DNA of 63,237 nucleotides, counting the filler, from Bigelowiella natans CCMP2755 (Eukaryota > Protista > Cercozoa): NCBI GenBank assembly GCA_000320545.1. It is 11 parts of 11 records of this genome, joined end to end, with 100 filler letters (N's around TTAATTAATTAA, not from the genome) between each part and the next. Parts side by side here need not be neighbours in the genome. Positions count along the whole stretch, not along the records: positions 1 to 3,221 come from ADNK01000453.1; positions 3,322 to 10,146 come from ADNK01000290.1; positions 10,247 to 32,757 come from ADNK01000281.1; 8 more parts are not named here. One strand, given 5' to 3'. Below the pieces are notes generated by a model. It made no database searches. It was given only the letters and a program-made list of their open reading frames with translations, and was not told the DNA's origin. Positions 1 to 13,741 of this stretch are shown one piece after another (the first letter of the stretch is position 1; each line of letters begins with the position of its first letter). Both the position numbers and the translations under genes were made by a program.

Positions 1-256
1 CATACAACAGAGATAGAATCTCACAACCTCGATGTATCTTCTCAGTGAAACTTTGACTCCATGCGTGGGAGGTTATATTATAGCTAGATCTGTTATCATA
101 TTTATATATATCGAGTTACTCCTCCTCGACAAAATGCGTTGGTACGTATCCGTATGTGAGATAGGGGAAGGTTTCCTTGGGTAGAAAAGGAGTAAGTCAC
201 AGTCAAGTGTAATTTTTTAAAATTTCGAAATATTCTTCCCAACGTGATATTAGAAG

Positions 257-1330
257 ATTTGGTGGTGGTGGAGGAGGAGGAGGGCACGAGTGATGATGGT
301 GGTGATGACGATGCTTCTATCGATGTAACCCCTGATCCAGACACCAAAGCAGCTCGCAACCCTAGTAGAGCTTCTGCAGCAGATAACAATGCTGCTGCTG
401 CTGCTGATGATGATGATGATGGAGATAGTGATAAGCTCTCAGACCCCCGCCCTGCCCCCCTCCCACACCGGGCTACTACTGCTACTCCTCCTCCTCCTAA
501 CACACCTCTACCTGCAAGTATGCTCTACCCTGAAGCACCCAAGATCCCACCTCCCAGCCCCCCAGTGTGCATTCATTCCTCTCGTAAGAAGGCCGCGAAG
601 TCGGATGGCGATGTCCCCATTAGCAGCACGGTCATGGCACAACGGCAAACAACCAAACCCCCTGCCGCTCAAAGCGCCCTCTCCTGCCCACAAGGCAAGG
701 CTGTGTGTGTTATGACTGCAATTATGAACTGGCCTCTGCTTATATTTGTGGGTGTATTACTCACGTGCTCTATTTGATCTGATTACGTCTCACCTCCTTT
801 CTCACTCCTCCCCCCCCCCCCCCCCCTCTTCTTCCCTCCTCCTCCTTATATTCGCTGCTAGGCGCCCACCTTGCACAGCCATCACCATTATCATCACCAT
901 CACTATCATCGTCGTCATTACGGTGGGAGATAAATCCTCGCAACAGCAACCATGATGGTGATAGTGCTGCTGCTACGAGCGGGAGGAGGAGGAGGAGGAG
1001 GGTGTCGGAACACATATCAACAGCAGACGGAAAGGAGGGGAAAAGAAGCACATATGCAGGTATTGTGATTTGAAATCGGTAGAAACCTTCTCTCCTCTCT
1101 CCCTCTCCCTCCCCCCCCCCCCCCCTTTTTTTTTGTGCGCTTTCATCATTTGTGTTAAATTTCTTTTCAAGTATATCCATGTTTATCAGAATGAAAACAA
1201 GACGCCTTTATCAATGTTTATGAATAATATATATACCTATATGTTTACATATATCGTAAATATATGCAATCAGACGAAAGCAACGCTCTGAGTTCTGATG
1301 ACCTTTTACCGCTTCTTGTGTAATTAGCTC

Positions 1331-1368
<38 letters not shown>

Positions 1369-1842
1369 CAATTAACCACCACCATCACCACAAAAATCAA
1401 CCACAACAACAACAACCAAGCGCATTCTCCGTTGAAGAGACAAAGTCCCCTCTTGATGTACACCATAATTTCTGATGTTGCTGCGACCACACCACCATCT
1501 CTTAATATATCTTCTTCTTCTTCTTCTTCTTCTTCTTCTTTCTCTGCTACTTCCCCTTTCCCCCCCCATGGTCATAATCGTTAGGTATGTAATCATCAAA
1601 TCCTGCCCCCTCAACCTCTACACCAATGTTTGCTTCATGCGTGCGATGTGCCCGAGCGCGGACCTAGTCGCCGAAGCTGCACATTTAGACTTCACCATGG
1701 CGAGCCTCACGGGTATATGCGAGTCTTGTGTTTGCTGCGGCGTGCGTGTGTAAAAGTGTGTCAGTGTGTGTGTGTGTGTGTGTGTGTCTGACAGTAATTG
1801 CGTCGTATTATTTGTATCAGTCGCCTTTCTCTCTCGCTCTCA

Positions 1843-1904
<62 letters not shown>

Positions 1905-3190
1905 AAAAGCTCTTAACATTCCTTCATCTGAGCGATGATCGTCGTCGCCGTTATTGCCACGTACGCCCGTTTTGGTGTTGCCGTGCTGCCTACACATAAT
2001 ACATCTCATGAAAGCTTCTTCTAACCATCCTCACACTCAGCTGCACTAGAGTACATCGCCATATCGGCTACTAACCGGCGAAGAATGATGGAGAAGAAGG
2101 CGGAGGAAGAGAGCAATGGTGCTGCTCGGCACCAGTTTCAAACCACAAATAAAATGAATATCACATGCTGTTGCGGCTATGCAGTGCGCGCGTACAAATA
2201 TGTAGTAGCCAGAGCATCCCCCCTCCCTCATCGATATAGAGTGGTGGTAAGGGTGGTGGTTCCGATGTTTCCGCCGTCGTCGTCGTCGTCTTTTTGAGCA
2301 GCTCTAGTCTGATGATGATGATTATTATTATTATTATTATTATTATTGTCCACCTGCTGCGACAGGTCGAAACCCCGACGGACCTGACCGAGGGCTGGGG
2401 GAGGGCGAGGGGGGGGAGGGGGGCGTCAAACGACGCGTCGTAGTAGCCGGATACGAGAACAGCGGATATACTGAGAGCGACAAGGATCAAGTTGCTGCTG
2501 CTGATGATGAGGGGGAGGCGTGTCGTGGAAAAGCAGACACACCAAAGCAGCATCATAACCAGAAGCTCGATCCCCTCGGAGCTATGCTGCTGCAGCAGCC
2601 GCACTCGGCAGCTAAGGGGGGAGGGATGATGGCCAACCGCTCCTCCTCCTCCTCCGCTGAGAGCGATGGACCGCTTTCTTCGGGGTTCATCTTCGATGAC
2701 AAGAAGAAGAGGAGGATGATGATGAACAATAGGGGGGGGAGGGGGAGGCGGAGTAGCGCTCTGCCCCAGCATTCTCAGCAGCAGCAGCAGCAGCAGCATT
2801 CTCAGCAGCAGCAGCAGCAGCCCAGTGTTGGTGTTGGCGCTGATGCTGCTTCTTCCTCAGCCGAAGTGTCCCCGTATGTGGTGGTGGAGACAGCGCAGCC
2901 ACAAGCGACGACGACGACGACGACGAGAAGGAGGATGGGGGGGGGGGGGAGGGGGGGGGGGAGTAGGAGGAGGGTGTCCCCCGCGCAGGAGCGGTGAGGA
3001 GCCTCCTTTAGGCCAGGAGGTGCGAGCAAGGGCCCCATGAGTGGGAACAACGGGGCGGTCGGGGCTGCTGCTTCTTCTGGGGCAGCATCAGCAGCAGCCA
3101 TGATGATGAGATCATCTATTTCCCCCATAATAGACTCCAAACAAGAGCAGCTAGGGGCTGTTCTTCTGGGAAAGAACCTTTGGAAAAAGG
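257..3190 (+). CDS. VPS9-domain Rab5-family GEF, multi-exon, partial at both ends
   Basis: GT-AG exons ~1274-1317, 1585-1711 and 2041-2118 splice to DESNALSSDDLLPLLVYVIIKSCPLNLYTNVCFMRAM...LDFTMASLTAALEYI, matching the VPS9 signature (ADDLLP...YVII.A.P..L.SN..YI). Flanking exons are low-complexity and their boundaries are approximate. Confidence 0.75.
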
Positions 3191-3221
3191 GGGGTTAGTA
3201 GTACTCGCACTACTACTCCTA

Positions 3222-3321
3222 NNNNNNNNNNNNNNNNNNNNNNNNNNNNNNNNNNNNNNNNNNNNTTAATTAATTAANNNNNNNNNNNNNNNNNNNNNNN
3301 NNNNNNNNNNNNNNNNNNNNN
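3222..3321. other. artificial scaffold spacer N44-TTAATTAATTAA-N44 (also at 10147-10246, 32758-32857, 36671-36770, 41917-42016, 44706-44805, 50285-50384, 52359-52458, 60033-60132, 61513-61612)
   Basis: An identical 100-nt unit occurs ten times; the 12-mer puts stop codons in all six frames. Confidence 0.98.
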
Positions 3322-3339
3322 TTTTTGGAAATGGGTGTC

Positions 3340-3919
3340 TGCTAATAATAATATTGCCCAGCACATTCAAAGAAGACAAAACCGAGGCCTTAATGCCGCG
3401 TGCCGAGGTGGTGGTTGAGTTGAACATGCTGAGATATAAACCTTCATTTCCCGGAACTCAAAAAAAATGAAATAATATAGAGAAATAATTATGTAGATAT
3501 GAGAGGAAGCGGGGGGGTGTTTCATCATAATTTTCCTTCCATGACTAAATATCAGCGGATGTGTGGTACGTTATCACACAATCTGCATTCTAGCTCATTC
3601 AAACACACCAACATCTACTGCGAGACGACCTCTGCACGCTCCCGAGTGTGTTTCAGAAATGAAAATTATCCTCCCCCTATCACGCATCCGCGCGCACCTC
3701 ACGTGAAGTTAGATGCCGTTCATTGTCGCCAGTGCGTGTTTGGTCGCACTCGGCTCCGCAAAGATAGTAATATCACAATGTAGACCATCATGAATTTATC
3801 CATGTCGCGCTCACACTCTCGTCGGTAAAATCACGTCGGAGTATAGGATCTTGGCCATAAAATCTCTAATGCCATCTTCATCATCACGACAGCATTATCA
3901 TTGTTGTCGTCTTCGCCAG

Positions 3920-3950
<31 letters not shown>

Positions 3951-4125
3951 TTTTTCTTCTTCTTTTTCTTCTGCTTTCTCTCTCTCCTACCGATGAAGCA
4001 AAAGCCCTTGGATCGGTTGGTCATAGGCTCCTATTATATGGGTCAGAGGATAAGAAAGGTGAGGGATACGATAAGAACAGAATTGAGCTATTCAATTAGC
4101 AGAAAGGCAACAAAAGATAGAGAGG

Positions 4126-4178
<53 letters not shown>

Positions 4179-4828
4179 GGGGAGGAAACGACTGCTAATT
4201 CAAAATATGAATAATCATCGTCATCTTCTTCCTGCACTACTCACTTTGGGCATGTCGATGCGAACGATCGGTCCAAACGCAGAGAAGGGAAGTTTTATGT
4301 GCTCCTGCAGTGGATGATGAAGAAGAAGAAGAAGAAGAAGATGATGATGATGATGCGCCAGCCATTGCCAAGAAATACAATCAGACAGACACAGCATGGC
4401 AACCAAATGATTAGCTGGCTTCTACGACTGAATACAGTAGTAGGTTACGCGCATATTCCATCATTATCATCATCATCATCATCATCAAAATACTGCTTCA
4501 TCAACGATCCCAAGAACATGAAAATATCGGGCGTTCGCCGAAAACAAAATGATATTCTATGGTTTCTTGCAGAAATAAACATTACACGATTCGATATGCG
4601 AACCCATCATCAGTACTCAATCTTTTTTCATACCACTACCACGACTACTCCTTCTCTTCCTCCTCCTCCTCCTCCTCAACTACCTCATTCAGGCCATAAG
4701 GAATACTCCCGACATAAACGCGGCACTGCTGTTTCTTCTTCTCCTCAGCCTGTTGATATTTGTACGATCGGCCACAATTCAATGACGAAAACAGGAATAG
4801 AGTGGTGGTAAACTGCAGAAATGGTAGC

Positions 4829-4861
<33 letters not shown>

Positions 4862-5247
4862 TGTCGGGGGGTGGCAGTGACAAGTCGTGTAAGAAAATAC
4901 ACGGCAAGCAACTGCTAAATGCTGTACAAAATCGGCAAAGGAAAAACGCATCAAAAAGCAAACGACGCTGAGAACGACTGTGACCTGCTACACACGCTAT
5001 ACTCTACATTGGCAAGGGATATATAGAGAGATAGATAGTATTGTCACAGGAGGAAGACAAAAAGAGAGAGAGGAAGAGAGGAAAGACAAGGGGAGAATGA
5101 TATAGCGGTGCCGAACCATACGCAAAAAAAGATAAGGAAAGAAGGGAAAGGGAGAGGAACGAAGCGCAGAGACAATGGCAGATGAAAAAGAACAACAACA
5201 GTAGCAGCAGTAAAATAGAATGATGGCAGAAAACGAAGAAGAGGGCG

Positions 5248-5292
<45 letters not shown>

Positions 5293-5387
5293 CAATAATA
5301 GGGAGAAACATCACACAGAGTAGGACAAAACCAATGTTGAACGAACGAGTAAGTAATCGAGCATATTTTGAGGAAATCATTGGGAGA

Positions 5388-5420
<33 letters not shown>

Positions 5421-6288
5421 GCGGACATGCTTCAATAAAAGTTGTTCCCTCCTTTGTTCCCAACCAACACCAAAATCTCGGCCATTTCATGAAGGCGGCT
5501 GCGAGGGAGACATCGAACCTGAATTCTCTCTATCTGTTCTCGAAATTTCGCCGGATCCACGTTTCCACTTGCTGCCGCAGAAGTTGATTGTCCATTGTTG
5601 GCGGCTGCGGCAGCAGCGGCGGCATTGACCGATTGTGTGAGTTTTGGCACTACGGCAGATGCAGCAGCGCGCTGGCGCCTTTGCATCTCGGCAGCGCGAA
5701 GCTGTGCCTACATTTAGAACAAATAAGTTGAGCCAGTTTAAGACTATTCAGAGAAGTAGAATGCGTCACCTGAACCATCTGCTGCTGTAACATCGTCTGC
5801 TGCATTGTAAGGGCTTGGAGCTGCGACGTGAGGTTAGGATTATTGGCCCCTCCTCCTGCCATGATAGCCTGGCGGAGCTGCATTATGCGGATATTATTTG
5901 CCTGGACTTGATTCGTAAGACGTTGGAAAGTCGCCAATGGATTGCTGTCGTTGTTCGAAATCCCGGTTGTCTTCTGCTGAGCGCCTATATAGAACATAAG
6001 GATGAGAAGCGTAGTGGAAGGAATGAAATAACTGTGTTGTTGGATGCTGTCATTTCGTGGGTTCTCTCTCCCCTAGAGGACGATTTCACCGATACTAACA
6101 CACTGAAACATGAAATGACATTATCGATGCCGCACTTTTTCTCATCCCCTCGTTTCATTGATTACCTTGTACAGCAGCTGCCGCTGCGCCTTGAGCTCCG
6201 GCATTCTGCCGGGTGCAACAATCGGGAGTTGTTAATAAAAAGAAATTTCATATGTATATGTGTATGTATGTCTCTCTCTCTTTCTCTC

Positions 6289-6329
<41 letters not shown>

Positions 6330-7028
6330 GCGTGTGTGAGTGTGCGTGGACGGGACCCCTTGGACGAATTTTGATTTTCGGTCCGCTCTCTTATCATCCT
6401 CAGAGCCTTCATCACTCGAGTCATCATCACTTGATCTGCGAGTACAAAGTTATATTCATATTTTGTACTGAAAGAAGTGTGGGGATTTTCAGACCGTCTC
6501 CTCCTCCTCCGTTTCTTCTTTTTTTTCTTGCGATGCTTCCTCCTGCGCTCCTCTTCGGAGTGCGAATCATCGCCTTCATCTTCTCCTCTAGAATTGCTTC
6601 GCCTTCGGCTCCGAGATCTTCTGCGTCTCCGATAGCTGCTGCCCCTTCGATCTCGATCCCTGCTTCGCTCCCGGCTCTCGCTTCTTCCTCCTCTTCGCCT
6701 GGATGCGAAAGCAGAACAGACGAGAAGGGAGAGAGGGAAAGAAAGAGAGAAAAATTAGTATAGGAAGAAAGAAAGAATGAACGACAAGGAGGATGTCGGA
6801 GAGTAAATGCGTAATTCCAACGTAAAATTAAATTTTCAAGGAAGCTATTGCTCGTACGTGCGCTCCCTCTCATCTCGAAGGCCCCGCCTTTCCCGAGAAG
6901 ATGAACGGCTACGCCTTCGCCGCGATCGTGGTCTTTATAGAAAACATGGGAGAACACGTGATCTAACTCGCATGAACGTGGAGGAAATCAACGAGCAAAG
7001 TATTCATGCGCACTTACCTATCCGCCAT
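3340..7028 (-). CDS. PUF60: PUF60-like RRM splicing factor with N-terminal RS-rich region; 3' end lost in gap
   Basis: ATG at 7028 (MADR|PRSRRRRSRSSSRERR...). Spliced RRM1 reads QQCRVYVGSIPYGLNE|EHIKLPFSAFGPIVRIDMPK|EPMTNRSKGFCFI|xFAEPSATKHALATMNG, aligning with PUF60 CRVYVGSI...[22 protein letters not shown]. RRM2 remnant (KVYIS) near 3440 lies in error-rich sequence. Confidence 0.75.
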
Positions 7029-7886
7029 TGTCCCTCTTTCGATGATGCTGTTCGAGAGTGAGAGGGCCTTCATTAGCCTGTGACTTCGAATATTTATTGT
7101 CGTCTTCATGCAATTATCTTATATGGTTACAAAATCGCGGTAGGATGCTATTCGCTTCGTACGACGTGGATTTTTTCCAAAAATATCGGAAGACCGAAAA
7201 GATCTATTCGTGTTCATAAATTATTAATTTTTCAAACATCCGGTAGATCTGGGAGCAGACGGGAAACGGGAAGTTTCGTCATACATTTTCTACCAACGAC
7301 TTGTCGTCGCCCTACAACATGGACAATGATGTTTACGCTGTTCTTGACACTCGGATTAAAAATCTACGACCTTATTACATGTACTCGTATAAGTTACAAG
7401 ATCGAACTGCAAAAAAAAAAGATGTATTTTTGCTTCCCCCAATCCAGTGCTTGATCTTCAAAATGCAGGGGATTTCCTAGGATTTCCACCAGACTTCACT
7501 GCCAGTCCACATCAGATCTTTTCATCTCCATAGCAAGAGTCATATCAAATATTTAGCCTAGGTTTTTACTGAATTTAATGCATTCTGGTTTTTTTTAATA
7601 TAATTACTTCGTTGATTCGCTGCCGAAAAACTTAGCTGCAGCGAAGTTATGTCTTGTTACACTTGGAACAACAGGTGCTCAGCTCGGTCCGTGGGGACGG
7701 GACTGAAGCATAGCAGGTGTGTGTGCAATTCGTTTGCGTCGTTGGTCGCCACTAAGATTTGCTACTCTCCGAGTGCTCTTGTGTTTATTTTAAAGATCGT
7801 CGACTACTTCGCTACATCTTCGTTGTGAGACAAATAATATGTTTTAACTAACTATCTTCTGAATTTTGACGTAGCAGGAGAAGAAG

Positions 7887-10027
7887 ATGGTTGAAACATT
7901 TATTGGGCGCAACCCGGCGGCTAGGAATACCAACCAGCAGACGACGAAGGATGCGCTGGTTGTGTTGAAGACATTGCAGATGAAGCTAGTTAGGGTAACA
8001 GCGAAGTCTCGCCTAGTTCTCAATCCTGAGGACCAAGACTTAGTGGAGGGAAAGGGGGGGAAGGCCCAGCAAACCAAAATCTTCACCAGAATGGCGGAGG
8101 AAATAGCTTTAGAGATTTTCAAGGTCCACGAGGAACTGAACGTAACAGGGATGATATACTTCAATATCTCCAGCGGGGAGATGCTTCAGGTAACAGCGAA
8201 CTCCATTCGGTTTGTTAGGTGTTGTTTGAGCTAATGCCTACTCTACATTTCAAAATTCCAGGTGCTTGAGGGAAAACCCTCGAATTTATCCCAAGCCTTA
8301 AGACATGTAGTACGTGACATCAAGCAAGATGACCTCAATTTCCAACTTGAAAAGGATAAGGTGAGGAACATTACTTGTTGCAGAAAAGGATTTGGTATTC
8401 AGAGCGCAACCGCAAAATCAGGTTATCAGAAGGTTCAAGAAGTGGGGGATGGCCTTTGCTACAAATATCCAAGAATGGAAAATCATTAGATTGATGATTC
8501 CTTCGGAAGAAGAATGGGAGAGACTGCGTCCGAACTTAGACGACGTGAAAAACAGAGCGAAGGGGTAATATTGTATCCAGTGCTAATTGATGTTAACTTT
8601 TTCAAATTTGTTCATAAAACATCTAAGACAAGTTAAACTGCTAGAATCAAGTTTAGTTTCTATTAATAGATGAATTTGGTTATTGCGTCAGCAAATGCCT
8701 TCAATTTCATCATACCACTTTTGCTGGGCAAGAAATCATTGATACTGAACTTATTCTGGATCAACTAAAGGGTGTGGGTGTGCGTGTGTGTGTGTGCGCG
8801 CGCGCGTTTCTGTCTGCATTTCGTCAGAGTTGGACGACGAAATTCCCTGGTGGATCTCATTGAGGCAAAGCGCCCCATTTTGGAACGGTTTGGCCCCGAT
8901 GCAAAACGTATCTGGTAATACTGCTACTACTACACCTACTACTACTACTGAAACGACGACTGTGCAGGACTACTCAATAATCCTACTCTCTCTCTCTCTC
9001 TCCCTATCTATTTATTTCTTTCTCATTCCAACGATTTCCAAATATGACGCTGTTATTCGGGATGTGTTGTTCTCTTCTAGGAAGCGGAGAGGCGCGATCT
9101 CCACAGCTGTTCTCTCGCCGGCAGAGCTACGTTTCTTTCGACAACGGCACGAAATGGCAAAGAGGGAACTTCAGACTAAAGCCCACGGTAAGCTATATCT
9201 TCTTCGTTGTGCGGCAAAGAAACGATGCCCCCCCCCCCCCCCCCCCCTTGAGCTGAATGGATTTATCACTTCAACTACCACCACAGCTCATAAGAAAGGC
9301 GGCCTCCTCGCTTGTATCGAAGACCCTGACGGGCCAATATTCCCTGATAAGTAAGCACAAAACGAAGGCAGCATTTGGAAGGGGGGGGGGGGGATTACTC
9401 ATCCCGACGACTCATAGCTTGAAGCATTCTGCCAAGCAAACGCGTGATAGCTGTTCTTTGCAACCTTACGTACTTTTCCCGTATGTGATATTTATCATCC
9501 CGTATCATCAGGATATCGGATCTTGAAGAGGGTGTTAGTGGAGGAGACCGTCCGAGTAAAATACACAGTACATCTGGATCCAGGTGCTGCCTGCCACCTC
9601 CCCTGTCGTCTCCCTGTGTGCGTAGTGCGTAGATACCACGAGTTCCCCTCCTCCTCCTCCTCCTCCTCCTCCTCCTCCTCCTCACTGCCTCTCCCTTATC
9701 CATCTCCAGGTCCAGAATTAGTCTTTCGCGCTCGAACGTGATTGAGAGGATGCAACAGGAAGTGCAGGGTTTCGTTGAAACAATAGATGACATTGCGGTA
9801 TGTAGCAAGCACTATCACCCGTCTCACCAGCATGGTCGTCGTCGTCGTTGTTGCGGAGCCATCTCTCTCCCTTACTACTTCCTTTCCCTGAAGCAGTTGC
9901 TTTCTCCCTCCTGAGAACAAACAACTTCCTGCATAGTAACCTATTTTGCGTGCTGCGCTGCTCTAACAATCGCCAGGATTTCCACGAAATGTCCAAACAA
10001 GAGCCCCCCAAGAAACGTTTCAATCAG
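7887..10027 (+). CDS. BLUF-like domain protein (degenerate), multi-exon, 3' end lost in gap
   Basis: Exons 7887-8189, 8262-8360 and 8422-8564 give KLVRVTAKSR...KVHEELNVTGMIYF...MLQ|VLEG...VVRDIKQ...|VIRRFKKWGMAF, which has the BLUF hallmarks TG.h.., QxLEG and RxFxxWxM. Further exons can be chained to ~10027, with one junction near 8771-8830 uncertain. Confidence 0.65.
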
Positions 10028-10384
10028 GTAGTGCGGTTAGTGATAGCAGCAGCAGCAGCAGAAGAAGAAGAAGAAGTAGAAACACAAAGAGAGAAGAAGA
10101 AGAAGAAGAAGAAGAAGAAGAAGAAGAGAGAGAGAGAGAGAGAGAGNNNNNNNNNNNNNNNNNNNNNNNNNNNNNNNNNNNNNNNNNNNNTTAATTAATT
10201 AANNNNNNNNNNNNNNNNNNNNNNNNNNNNNNNNNNNNNNNNNNNNAAGGGAGCACCACTATTGGAATTAGAGGGGGGGGAGGGGGGGGGGGTGGAGCGC
10301 GGGCCGGTTGAACCGGATATCACACACGTGTGAGACCCTGGGGGGTGGCTGTCACCAAACAGAGTTGTAAACGTGTTACTAGTA

Positions 10385-10420
<36 letters not shown>

Positions 10421-10497
10421 TTTACTACTATTTACTACTACGGTAGGACCCGGAGGGAAATCTTGTCGTAAGCGATTTACGAAATAACGTCATCAGG

Positions 10498-13400
10498 ATG
10501 GTACAGAACGCCTCTGTCCTCCTTCTTCGCCTTCATCTCATCATATTTCATGTTCGTTTTCTCTCCTTTTTCTGGTTCATGTCATTCGTGCTTTGATTCA
10601 GGTTCTCGCTCCGTATCGCCACGATCCGGAATTGGAGGTGGTTTCGATCATGTTTACGCTATTTTTGTGGCTATTGGCAATGTCTGCGTGTGCCTGCTTC
10701 CCCATTATACCAGAGGGTTGTGAATACAGATTTGGCAAGTCTCCATTAGTAGACTTTTCTTTTTAGAAGTCACTGGCATGATATGTAGCCGATTATAATG
10801 ATATATTGAGTCGGTCTGCATTGATGAACGATCCGCGTTTTCGGCCGTTGAAACCACAACATTCATCTCCACTTCGTGAATGATATAAGTTGCGACGGCG
10901 ATTGAGAACTTATATATCTTAAAGCACTTCTTTACGACAACAGGATCCGAGGCCGCCCCCCCCCTGTCCTCTAATCCCCGAGTGGTGCAAACGTAAGACG
11001 ATGGACAGAATAGAAGAAACAACAGGGAGACGGAGAGAGGGAGCGTGAGTGGGGTGCAGCCTTACCCATCCCCATCAACAATAATAGTAATAATAATCAT
11101 CATCATCATCCTCGTTTCTCGTCGAAGTAAAGTTGCTTTATTTGGGCCAATATGCTATCATCATTTTCCTAGTCGACGGAAACTACCTGGCTCCCCGCTT
11201 CAATTGGTGCGCCACTCACTCAGAAGAACAAACGAAGAAATCGATGAAGATCGATCATGCTTGCCGCTGCTGTTGTTTTCCCCACTTTATTACAATCCCA
11301 TGGTGCGCGCGGTGGCAAAGCGCGACTGGCTGCGTGAGTTGTGTCGTGCCTCACGTTTGCATTATTGCCATCATCATCAGGTACCCTCGGCTGAATTCGC
11401 AACCTGTATCTTCAACTGTGTGTGGGTACAAGACTCATCATCCAATAAGTAAGATGGAAAGAAGAAGAAGAAGAAGAAGAAGAAGAAGAAGAAGAAGAAG
11501 AAGAAGAAAAGGAAGAAGAGAGGAGGAGGGGGAGGAGGAGGAGGAGGAGGAGGAGGAGGAGGGAGGGGGGAGGAAGAAGAAGAAGAAGTAGAAGAGGCGG
11601 ATGCAGAGCTGTAGCTTCTCATTGCCTGCTCCCCTTCTCGCAGATCTATTCGACGACACGATTCCGTTGGATGATAGACAACGCATTGGTACCCCCACAT
11701 GGGCAACAGAAGTGTCGTTTCCAGATGGTAATTGAACGATCCAAGCACCCCTTTCCTCCTCCTCCTCCTCCTCTCCAAGCAATCTATCTCTTTTGCAAAA
11801 CAACGGATTTTCAATCTAGAGAATGTTTTGTCGTCGCACGATTTAATTGCGAGCGATGGGGGGGGGGGAGGAAGGGCGACTCATGCTGTGTGATTTAACA
11901 GCCGGTGACGCCATTGTTGGCGGAGAAGTCGTGCTTTTCCTCTCTCCGAACCTCTTGACGTGATCGTCATCGTAGTAGTTGTCGTGTCTCCTTCTTACCA
12001 TATTCTTTCACTCTATGTGATCAATTCGTTCTGAAATTGATCACAATTATCTCTTTCATGGCAGTTGCAAAACTGATGTTTTTGGTTCTGCGACGCTGTG
12101 CTATACATCCGAAAACGTCGATGTGTGTGTTTCCTGCAGCGTAGGCCTGGGCAGCTAATGAGATCTCTTGCCGTTCTTCTCTTTAGCCTTATTCTTTTTC
12201 AATCTCTCTCCTCTTATTATCAAGGAGTCGCAATAGAGCCGACTACGAAGGATATCTACTTTACCCGGCAAGGGCCGTGTACGTTGCAGTATTTGATAGA
12301 TTAATCCTTCCCCATAATAATCATGACGATATCCAACACTCTTTTACATTATTCGTATCAACATGTTCTTTTTCCCTATCCTCCCCCCTCTCTCATCCTC
12401 CTCCCATTTTCCTCTTCATTGGTCTCTTTTATTTAGGTATCCACCGCATAACCCGTAGGCCTAGCTTTTTCCTCCTCAAGCCGCGACTAACGAGCGATAA
12501 GAAAATCAACGTAGATACCAATCAAAAGGAAGAAGCGGCAAGGAAATCTGCCCCCCCCGTTCGCAATGGCGTTGTCTCCTTTTCGGAATACGAATGCATT
12601 GTAAAGAGGGGGGGCATCACCTTGTGGCTGCAGGCAATGGACGGCATTGAAAAACTTCACGAGATATACAAAGATATCCGCATCGAAGTAGTGGCAGAAG
12701 GCGCAAAGAAGAAGAACCTGAAAGGCAACAAGAAGATAAGCTTACTACCATACATTCTAAAGGCTCAGAATGAACATCGTCGCTCCTCGTCGCCTTCTAA
12801 GGGGCACTTGCCGTATCTGCTGATAGACATGGCCGTTTATGATAGCGACAACAATACCGCCATCCTTAACAAAGAGGAGGAGGATGAAGAGTACAAACTT
12901 GTGCGAATTTTCGGCGCTCGCCAGCACAGCGTCCGTATTGTCACTTACGACGTTCCAGAAGAAGTCATCACAGCTGTTGACTCATCTGCTGATGACGATG
13001 ACTATGATAACGAGGCAGAGAAGCAGGCTCGTGCTTCCGCGAGAGTTGCTGCAAGTGCCAACGCTGCGTCGAATAGCAGCAGCAGCAGTACAAAACAGGC
13101 GAAGAATACAGGGAGGAATAACGGGTGTCGGCAACGCACTCTTTCCTCTACTCGCCATCGCTCCGCAGCTATGAAAGGGCGGCGTGACTGGACGGTTGAG
13201 ATCTTTGCTGGGGATGGCAAGATGGGTACTCCTTCCACATGCTAATGAATAGTCACTGAGGACATTCCCCTCCCTACGCGCACACGCCCCACAGCAGCCG
13301 CAGGAAGGAGGGAGAAGGTATCGTTTGATGAATAGATCTTGATGATATACTGTTTCTCTCTTTCTTTCTTTCTTTCTTTTTTTCTCTCTTTGAAAGGTAT

Positions 13401-13699
13401 ACGTGACGGCTATGGCCATAAAGCAAGGTTGCTTCTTCTATTCTCCAGCGTTCAGACTCAGCACTTGCGCGCTGCAATAGTGCATGTGGAAAAGAGGCGA
13501 TACATCACTGTCATCATCACCTTTGTCATCATCATCATCGTCGTCGTCATCATCCTCTCTTCTGGTCCCCAGCACTGTAACACACCCATCACCGCCTTAG
13601 ATTCGTTGATCCCGGAGGCCTCGCATGCGACACGAGAAGAAACATGTCAGGAGAATCTAATCATACTCTCCTACACCACCAAACATGAGACAACGATCC

Positions 13700-13741
<42 letters not shown>

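Noticed and set aside
690-715. GC donor in the VPS9 gene
   Set aside because: An in-phase GT donor lies a few bases downstream, so the case cannot be decided.
7319-7480. 53-aa ORF between PUF60 and the BLUF-like gene
   Set aside because: No motif and no convincing splice path into the BLUF exons.
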